Below are positions 56,693 to 62,542 of a stretch of 62,542 nucleotides of DNA, piece after piece; position 1 is the stretch's first letter, and each line of letters starts with the position of its first letter. The stretch covers positions 1 through 62,542 of IMG/VR virus record IMGVR_UViG_3300046643_000028. The stretch is one strand, 5' to 3'. Origin of the DNA: a virus (taxonomy: Duplodnaviria; Caudoviricetes). Both the position numbers and the translations under genes were made by a program. A model generated the notes under the pieces. The model searched no databases and had not been told where the DNA came from. It saw nothing but the letters and a program-made list of their open reading frames with translations.

Positions 56693-57216
56693 CGCTCACA
56701 GACCTTATCCCCGGCGCTGAATCAGTAAAGTGGATCGCAGGTATCGGCCTAATGGTTGCGCTCGCAGGTGGTGGCTACTGGAAAGGCCATCATGATGAAG
56801 CTGCACAGTTCGACCTATACAAATCCGAGCAAGCCGCCGTTGCCGAGAAACAGGCAGCAACGGCGCAAGCAGATGTCAGACGCAAAGAGGAGTCCGCTGC
56901 CATCAACACCGCCGCGATCATCTCCAAGGCGCAGGCAAGCAGCAAGGCTCAGCTTGCTTCTGCAAACCAGTCTATATCTGCTCTGCGCGATGGCACTCTT
57001 CGGCTGCGCATCGCAAACGCCAGTGCCGGTCTCGGGGCAGGTGTGTCCGGCGCTGGGGCCACTGCCTCCGGAATTTCAACCGGTGGCGCCTACATTCCTG
57101 TCGGACTTTCTGTCGACGTATCGCAGCGACTTGCCCGCGCCGACCAGCTTGCCCAGTCCTACAACGCCGCGATAGAGGTAATGAAACAGGATCGGCTCAC
57201 CTGCAGCGGTGGGTGA
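56689..57216 (+). CDS. Inner-membrane spanin (Rz-like)
   Basis: N-terminal TM, coiled coil, LRDGTLRLRI, RAD. Confidence 0.8.
   Translation: MTLTDLIPGAESVKWIAGIGLMVALAGGGYWKGHHDEAAQFDLYKSEQAAVAEKQAATAQADVRRKEESAAINTAAIISKAQASSKAQLASANQSISALRDGTLRLRIANASAGLGAGVSGAGATASGISTGGAYIPVGLSVDVSQRLARADQLAQSYNAAIEVMKQDRLTCSGG
56873..57175 (+). CDS. Outer-membrane spanin (Rz1-like lipoprotein) embedded in the Rz gene
   Basis: +1 frame; lipobox ALFG-C then Pro-rich VCPALGPLPP; start may instead be TTG at 56954. Confidence 0.75.
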   Translation: MSDAKRSPLPSTPPRSSPRRRQAARLSLLLQTSLYLLCAMALFGCASQTPVPVSGQVCPALGPLPPEFQPVAPTFLSDFLSTYRSDLPAPTSLPSPTTPR

Positions 57217-57248
57217 TATACTTCCTCCACACATCGAAGCGTTGGATT

Positions 57249-57275
57249 AGCCCCGTAGACCGGGGCTTTTCTTTT
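57249..57275 (+). terminator. Terminator where the late and replication arms converge
   Basis: AGCCCCG-TAGAC-CGGGGCT-TTTCTTTT. Confidence 0.8.
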
Positions 57276-57786
57276 ATTGAAACTCCCTCCACAGTTCTAC
57301 CAGTGCTCGAACCTCGGCCGCAGTCTCCCGGTCGATAGCCCCGCTGATCAAACCCTTCGCCAAGTCCACCAGAATCGCCCGGATGGGCGCGGCTTCCTCG
57401 ACAGCCTTCTCGACACGGGCGTGCATCTCGGCCCGCTCACGCGCCCGTACAGCCTCCTTGTGGGCCTTCTCTTGCTGCGCGGCTGTGTACAGCGCGTTAT
57501 CAGGAAGCTGCTTGAGTCCGTTCTGTGTATCCCGCACCTTCACCTCCTCGATAGGGAGCGTGGCCACGGCATCCCCCACCCTTTTAGTCTGAACCTTCTC
57601 GCCGCGATCCGGCGCGATATCGTGCGTGGACTTGCCAGCCTCCTTGGCAGCGATCACAGCGTGCATCAGATCGATGTTCACGCCGCACTTATCTGCCAGT
57701 TCATCAAGCGTATCCACGCCCCTGCATGCATGCCCGGGCTGCTTGCCACAGGTGACGCGGCAGGAGCATGGCGGTTCGTATGGCAT
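57274..57786 (-). CDS. Hypothetical protein
   Basis: Start MPYEPPC overlapping upstream stop. Confidence 0.6.
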   Translation of the reverse strand: MPYEPPCSCRVTCGKQPGHACRGVDTLDELADKCGVNIDLMHAVIAAKEAGKSTHDIAPDRGEKVQTKRVGDAVATLPIEEVKVRDTQNGLKQLPDNALYTAAQQEKAHKEAVRARERAEMHARVEKAVEEAAPIRAILVDLAKGLISGAIDRETAAEVRALVELWREFQ

Positions 57787-58361
57787 CAGTATTTGCCCCC
57801 GTTGGCTTCGAGACAGTTGTTGAGCGCGTCGGCAAGAGTAGGCCCATGGCCGGGGAACAGCCGGAGTCGGCCGCCTATCCAAGCATGCACTTCGAATTTC
57901 ACGTCATCCGAAGGGTCCAGCGCCGGGCGGGGGTTAAGCCCTAGTAGCGGCTCCCCCACCTTTACCACTGGCAAGGGCGCAATAGATGCTTCGTCCTTTT
58001 CCATATTTAGGCGAGCAACAATATCATCCGCGTCGGCTACGGCTTTATTGGTTCCATGCCGGTATTCGTAATGGCCGCCATCCCGATGGATTCGAGCAAG
58101 TAAGTTGCTGAGGTGATGCTGCGCGACTACTACTTGTGGCGGGGCGGCGTAAATTGAAATCTCGCCGTTAATGCCGTATGACTCTTTGCGACAACCCGCA
58201 GATTCGCCATTAATCAAGCGTCTGTACGCGTCAGGGTGCAGGTATCCAATCGGCTCACTCACCGGCACGGACTGCGCAATAGATGCGCGGGCAGGGCAAT
58301 CAATCGCATGGCGAACGTCAGTACGCGCCATGAGAACCACTGAACAATTGCATTTAGTCAT
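57786..58361 (-). CDS. Hypothetical protein
   Basis: LSNLLARIHRDGGHY...G..KA..DA segment. Confidence 0.6.
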   Translation of the reverse strand: MTKCNCSVVLMARTDVRHAIDCPARASIAQSVPVSEPIGYLHPDAYRRLINGESAGCRKESYGINGEISIYAAPPQVVVAQHHLSNLLARIHRDGGHYEYRHGTNKAVADADDIVARLNMEKDEASIAPLPVVKVGEPLLGLNPRPALDPSDDVKFEVHAWIGGRLRLFPGHGPTLADALNNCLEANGGKY

Positions 58362-58756
58362 TAAAACATCTCCATCTGCTCATGCTCAAGTTCGGGGAAG
58401 TGGTTGCTCTTTAGAGCGTTCTCTTCCTCGGTGAGCACTTGCAAGTTGAACTGGTTGTGAAGCCCACAGACGAGTGGATGGCGCAATGGAATAATGTGGT
58501 CAACCACATGTGGCACGCCGCTCCAAAAACTCTTCTGCTCCGCTTTGTGGTAAATCTTCCGGATCGCTGCGAAGTCGGCCCATGGTGGCGTGGCAATGAT
58601 CCGCTGTATCAGCCATGACTTCTGCCAGCTTTTCGGCAGTGCACTGGGACCATCTTTCATAAGCCTCTGCCTGATCCTGCGGCATGGCCTCGCACCAAAA
58701 CTCCCGGCCCCTCTCGGGTTGATCTTCAGGTATAACTGGATCACGTTTTGACCCAT
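58361..58756 (-). CDS. HNH endonuclease-like protein (start uncertain, possibly 58660)
   Basis: ATPPWAD...HVVDHIIPL..PLVCGLHNQFNLQVL...N..KSN. Confidence 0.75.
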   Translation of the reverse strand: MGQNVIQLYLKINPRGAGSFGARPCRRIRQRLMKDGPSALPKSWQKSWLIQRIIATPPWADFAAIRKIYHKAEQKSFWSGVPHVVDHIIPLRHPLVCGLHNQFNLQVLTEEENALKSNHFPELEHEQMEMF

Positions 58757-59021
58757 CCTTGTTATAGAAACAATGTGTGGTGCCCAGTACGTGCGGCACC
58801 TGCCCTTTGCCGTTGTGCCCCCAACTCGAATACGCCTCGCACCTGCATAGGGGGCGCTGCTCGCCCTTCATCCGGTCACGGTCAACCCGGAACTTTCTCC
58901 CGCCACACGCCTTGCAGGTCCGTGGAACTTCGTACTCGCACGGGAGCATCGAGAATACGTAGCGTCTCTTGCACGTTTCTTTGGAGCACCGTACGTTGAT
59001 GTGCCGTATTGGTTTCTTCAT
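58500..59021 (-). CDS. Zn-finger hypothetical protein
   Basis: RC...C, CKACGG..FRVD, C.C..Y...PH..G...C. Confidence 0.55.
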   Translation of the reverse strand: MKKPIRHINVRCSKETCKRRYVFSMLPCEYEVPRTCKACGGRKFRVDRDRMKGEQRPLCRCEAYSSWGHNGKGQVPHVLGTTHCFYNKDGSKRDPVIPEDQPERGREFWCEAMPQDQAEAYERWSQCTAEKLAEVMADTADHCHATMGRLRSDPEDLPQSGAEEFLERRATCG

Positions 59022-59286
59022 AGGTCGGACCATACATAATGTAGTCTAGGTCCACGCCGTAGACTTCGACAAGCTGCAGCAGGTTCCAGAACGACGGGTA
59101 GAAGCGCCCATCTTCCCACTGCGCGATCGTGTCTTTCTTCACACGCAGCAGTGCTGCAGCCTGAGGGCGATTAAAGCCGCGCCCCCGGCGCAGACGATAC
59201 AGACGCTCACCACATCCAAGCGGGCCTGTATCATCGCGCCGGGGCCGCCCGTCCTTGGACCACTGATTCATTCCGTGGGCAGCCAT
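58882..59286 (-). CDS. XRE/Cro-CI family HTH regulator
   Basis: GERLYRLR...AAALL.V...TIAQWEDGR..P....L..L...YGV.LDYI. Confidence 0.8.
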   Translation of the reverse strand: MAAHGMNQWSKDGRPRRDDTGPLGCGERLYRLRRGRGFNRPQAAALLRVKKDTIAQWEDGRFYPSFWNLLQLVEVYGVDLDYIMYGPTYEETNTAHQRTVLQRNVQETLRILDAPVRVRSSTDLQGVWREKVPG

Positions 59287-59292
59287 GGCGAC

Positions 59293-59775
59293 TTACGCCA
59301 TCAGTGCGGCGATTGAGCAGCGCAGGCGCTCGATCTCACCGAGCACACATATACGCTGGGATTCGGATACCTGCGCGTAGCGTGCCAATGTTTTCTGCTG
59401 CGACTCGATAAGTTTGTCACGCGCATTGAGCAAGTTGATCAGCCTTTTGATTTCGGCGTCCTGCTCGATGATCGGGTCTGCCGGACCACGCGGCGGGTTC
59501 ATCGGGTTCATCGGGGCCAAGTGCGATGCCATGGTGGCCTGCACCTCGGCATAGCCCGTTACCTGTTCGTGTATGACCGGGCCGGACATGTTGATCGGGC
59601 ACGGCTCGCACTGAGGCTTGGCGTCCCCATGCGGAGGCGCAGGCTGGTCCGGGTAGTGCAGGGCTTGCGACACGAGCCGGGCGATGGCTTGCTCATATTC
59701 TTCGCCGTTGTCGCAGTGGCGAAGTTCGTTGATGACGGCTTGAACAACTACGTGTGAGGGGTGGAGTTCGATCAT
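59293..59775 (-). CDS. Hypothetical protein with C-terminal coiled coil
   Basis: 160 aa; GAGG RBS. Confidence 0.6.
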   Translation of the reverse strand: MIELHPSHVVVQAVINELRHCDNGEEYEQAIARLVSQALHYPDQPAPPHGDAKPQCEPCPINMSGPVIHEQVTGYAEVQATMASHLAPMNPMNPPRGPADPIIEQDAEIKRLINLLNARDKLIESQQKTLARYAQVSESQRICVLGEIERLRCSIAALMA

Positions 59776-59778
59776 GAT

Positions 59779-60099
59779 TTAACGTGCCTCTACTTTGTGG
59801 TAAAAATGCAGTTGGGTTTTGCTGCCCTCGGTACCGTTCTTCAGTATGCGAGCAGCGACGATGCTATAGCCGCCGTTGTAGTCATACCCCGCGCCAATAC
59901 CTTTGACGATGCCGGGGACGCGGGAGTTGCCGACCTTCCAAGATATCAACTGCCCCACTTTGAAGGGCGACATGATCTCGGCTCTCTCATCCTTGAGCGC
60001 GGCTATATGCTCACTAATGGTGTGGCGTTCTCCTTCTAAGCGCTCGACCTCGGCGGCGATTGCCGCTAACCGGGGGTTCTGGGGGGTGGTCTTGCTCAT
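59779..60099 (-). CDS. Hypothetical protein
   Basis: 106 aa; AAGG RBS; ATGA overlap with the primase stop. Confidence 0.6.
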   Translation of the reverse strand: MSKTTPQNPRLAAIAAEVERLEGERHTISEHIAALKDERAEIMSPFKVGQLISWKVGNSRVPGIVKGIGAGYDYNGGYSIVAARILKNGTEGSKTQLHFYHKVEAR

Positions 60100-62542
60100 G
60101 CTGCCTTACTCCCTATCGGGGTTACGTTGCTGACCGCCATGACAGCGGGGGTGGGTCCGAGCTTGGTGGCATCAATCACCCAGCACCGGGTTTGTCCCTT
60201 GGCATACGGCGTATCTGCACCGAGTACCTTGAGACCGTTCGGGTTTGTGACGACGCTCGCGTTGACCAGTTCTTTCTCGATCGTCTTGAACGACGCCTTT
60301 ACTTCCTTGCAATACTCCATCAGTGCGGCGCGCGATACGTGCATCACCTTGCTGTCCATGTTGTGGCGTATGGTGAGCGCGCTGAACGGCTTGACGACGA
60401 TGTTATCGAGGTTCGATGCAGCCTTGGCCGACAGCACCAGCATGTTGCCGATGTGCGTTTCCAAGAACTCTGACAACAACTCTAACCCCGTCTGCCGCGA
60501 TTCATCAATGGCCTTGCGCTGCTGTTTGAGGTGGCCAACCATCCATGCGAGATCGGCCGCGATGTCGAACTCGGCAGGCAGGATGCCGATGTGCTGCGCA
60601 AGCGTGGCACCCGTGTAGCAGGCAGCGACCGCAGCAGTCCAGAAGCGCTCGGCCGCCGCGTTCGTGCTGTCGACCATACGATCGACCTTGGCCACGTCAT
60701 TGATGTACTTGGCGCGTACGCGATCATAGTTCGACACCACGGCGCGCATGAACAACGGCCCAGCATGACCGTAGTTTCCCTTCATCGCCCGGATGAAGTT
60801 GTCAGCCTTGAGCTTGGCTGCAGCGTCGGTCTGGACAAGCGAGAACTCGACGCTGATCAAGCGCATCAGGTGAGGGTCTACCTCCTTGCCCGACGCCATG
60901 GTGAGGGCCGCCGCGTCGACGTTCGATGTGTTGAGCATCATGGTCGCCCACTCGACGCGGCGCTCGTTCAGGCCGCCGCTATCTTTCATGCGAATCTTGC
61001 CCTCACCCTGAGACACGTTCAGGAACATGCGGCGCATGTCGTCGCTATCACGTTCCGTTACATCGTCCAGCAGGAACGGCATGGAATGGATAGCCCCCAG
61101 TGATTCGTACATCGCGTTGATGGTCGCGCCGTCCTTGTTTCCATTCAGGATCAAGGCATTCGGTTCGCCCCAGACCGATCCACACGCCAGTAGACACGTC
61201 GTCTTTCCGCGTCCACTCGCTCCGCTCGATGAGAGTACAACACCTTTGTTGCCCGTATCGTTCATATGAAACAAGGGTGCCCCGAACGACGCATACAGAA
61301 ACATCCGGTGTCCAGCGTATTGCGGCTCCGCATAAAAGCGCATCGCCTGCTTCCATCCGTCCAGTGTCCCGCATGACTTGATCCCTTCCTTGGTGACAGC
61401 GCGCACGTTGCGCGCGGGCTGCGTCTTGGTCATCGAGCCGTCGCGGTGGATCACCTTGTCGGCCAGCACGAATTCGTGATGCTCGTTGTGCCAACCCATG
61501 CGCTCGTAGAGCTTTTCGCGCTCGGTCTCAGCGGACAACTTCTGCAGGTATGCGCTCATATATTGCTTCGCGTATTTGTACTGGTCATCGCTCAGGTACA
61601 AGCCCTTGGACATCAGGAACGCCGACAGGCGCCGCGTGTCCGCAATCATGGCTTGTTCCACGTCCATGTCCTGCGTGCCGATGATCGGCAGATGAGCGCG
61701 CCACATGGAGCGTTCGTTGACATGGTTGTCCTTGCCCATCTGCCGCTGGATCGAGATCGGGTAGAAGTCGTACGGACTCACCACGATCACATCCTCGACA
61801 CCCTCGCTCGACTCGGTGGTGAACAGCACCGCGCCATCCTTGCGCCGCTTGTAATTGGTCGGCGGGTTGGGCAGCGTGATGACCTCGATCACACCAGTGG
61901 TCTCGTTTGCCACCTCGACGGTCGGGGCTGCGGCCTCGCGTACCTGACGAGACAGGACCGCAGGCGATTTAATTTTCCCCCAGTGTGGGCACGCTTCGCA
62001 TACGAGTGGATTCTCTTGGTGGAACATATCGCAGGAGGATGGGGGCGTCGTCCAGTTTGCGATCTTGATGATGGTCTTCTGTTCGTCGTACATCGGGTGG
62101 CCGTCACTGATCGCCCGGTAAGCCAAATCTTGCGGCTCACAGAATTTAGCGATGCCCAGCGACGCGCGCCAAAGCTGCTCTCCTGTGTCTCGGCCGCGAC
62201 TGCCGACTTGGATGCCAATCTGCCCGCAGTGAAACGCGATCCGGTCCAGATTGAGAGGATCGCTTTCTGATACCAAGTTACCGGCGCCAAATATATCGTT
62301 CGCCGCTGCGGGCTTTCCCACGGGTCCCGCGCTTCTGTTGGCGTGCTGTTTTGCCAGCGCACCGCCGTGAGAGTCGACAAAGGATTCGAGAACATTTTTG
62401 AACGCCTCAAACGTGGTTGGTGTAGTCGTCTGCACCAGTTCGACCGCATGATCTTTCTTGACGTTGTAAGTGCCAAGCGCACGCAACACCCGGGCTTCAT
62501 CCGAGGTGAGCGATCGGTCAGCCTTGAACGCTTCACTCAGAC
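60096..62542 (-). CDS. C-terminal part of primase-helicase (DUF927-like inner domain, P-loop helicase); joined to 1-505 gives about 980 aa
   Basis: RVLR..GTYN, Cys cluster C...CEACPH, MGWH, SGASGRGKT, LLDD, GEGKIRM; open frame runs to the window end. Confidence 0.85.
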   Translation of the reverse strand, partial: LSEAFKADRSLTSDEARVLRALGTYNVKKDHAVELVQTTTPTTFEAFKNVLESFVDSHGGALAKQHANRSAGPVGKPAAANDIFGAGNLVSESDPLNLDRIAFHCGQIGIQVGSRGRDTGEQLWRASLGIAKFCEPQDLAYRAISDGHPMYDEQKTIIKIANWTTPPSSCDMFHQENPLVCEACPHWGKIKSPAVLSRQVREAAAPTVEVANETTGVIEVITLPNPPTNYKRRKDGAVLFTTESSEGVEDVIVVSPYDFYPISIQRQMGKDNHVNERSMWRAHLPIIGTQDMDVEQAMIADTRRLSAFLMSKGLYLSDDQYKYAKQYMSAYLQKLSAETEREKLYERMGWHNEHHEFVLADKVIHRDGSMTKTQPARNVRAVTKEGIKSCGTLDGWKQAMRFYAEPQYAGHRMFLYASFGAPLFHMNDTGNKGVVLSSSGASGRGKTTCLLACGSVWGEPNALILNGNKDGATINAMYESLGAIHSMPFLLDDVTERDSDDMRRMFLNVSQGEGKIRMKDSGGLNERRVEWATMMLNTSNVDAAALTMASGKEVDPHLMRLISVEFSLVQTDAAAKLKADNFIRAMKGNYGHAGPLFMRAVVSNYDRVRAKYINDVAKVDRMVDSTNAAAERFWTAAVAACYTGATLAQHIGILPAEFDIAADLAWMVGHLKQQRKAIDESRQTGLELLSEFLETHIGNMLVLSAKAASNLDNIVVKPFSALTIRHNMDSKVMHVSRAALMEYCKEVKASFKTIEKELVNASVVTNPNGLKVLGADTPYAKGQTRCWVIDATKLGPTPAVMAVSNVTPIGSKAA

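Overview
The window looks like a complete, circularly permuted ~62.5 kb genome of a tailed dsDNA phage with podovirus-like architecture (N4-gp56-type capsid, large ejection proteins, no tape measure or sheath gene seen). High GC, a two-component spanin and a beta/gamma-type LexA box suggest a proteobacterial host; Burkholderia-like is my inference. The two ends join in frame inside the primase-helicase gene. Minus strand, 57.3 kb through the join to 25.1 kb: replication genes (RepB-type primase/DUF927-like helicase, SSB-like protein, DEDDh exonuclease, SNF2 helicase, VRR-NUC, PD-(D/E)XK nuclease, family A DNA polymerase) and a long early region of small genes that includes an AAA+/vWA-metallopeptidase pair. 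Plus strand, 25.4-57.2 kb: packaging, head, tail, ejection and lysis genes. No integrase, tRNA, CRISPR array or reverse transcriptase was seen. The most interesting signals are non-coding. Eight copies of a 27-bp palindrome (GACA-NN-YGGTA-N5-TACCR-NN-TGTC) punctuate only the early region and bracket gene cassettes, one of which encodes two signal-peptide proteins. An AT-rich gene-free island at 23.4-24.1 kb holds a 35-bp inverted repeat with nested outer arms, an IHF site and a LexA box. A second intergenic motif (RTGTAACTA) occurs six or seven times. All calls come from reading motifs by eye; no database searches were run.
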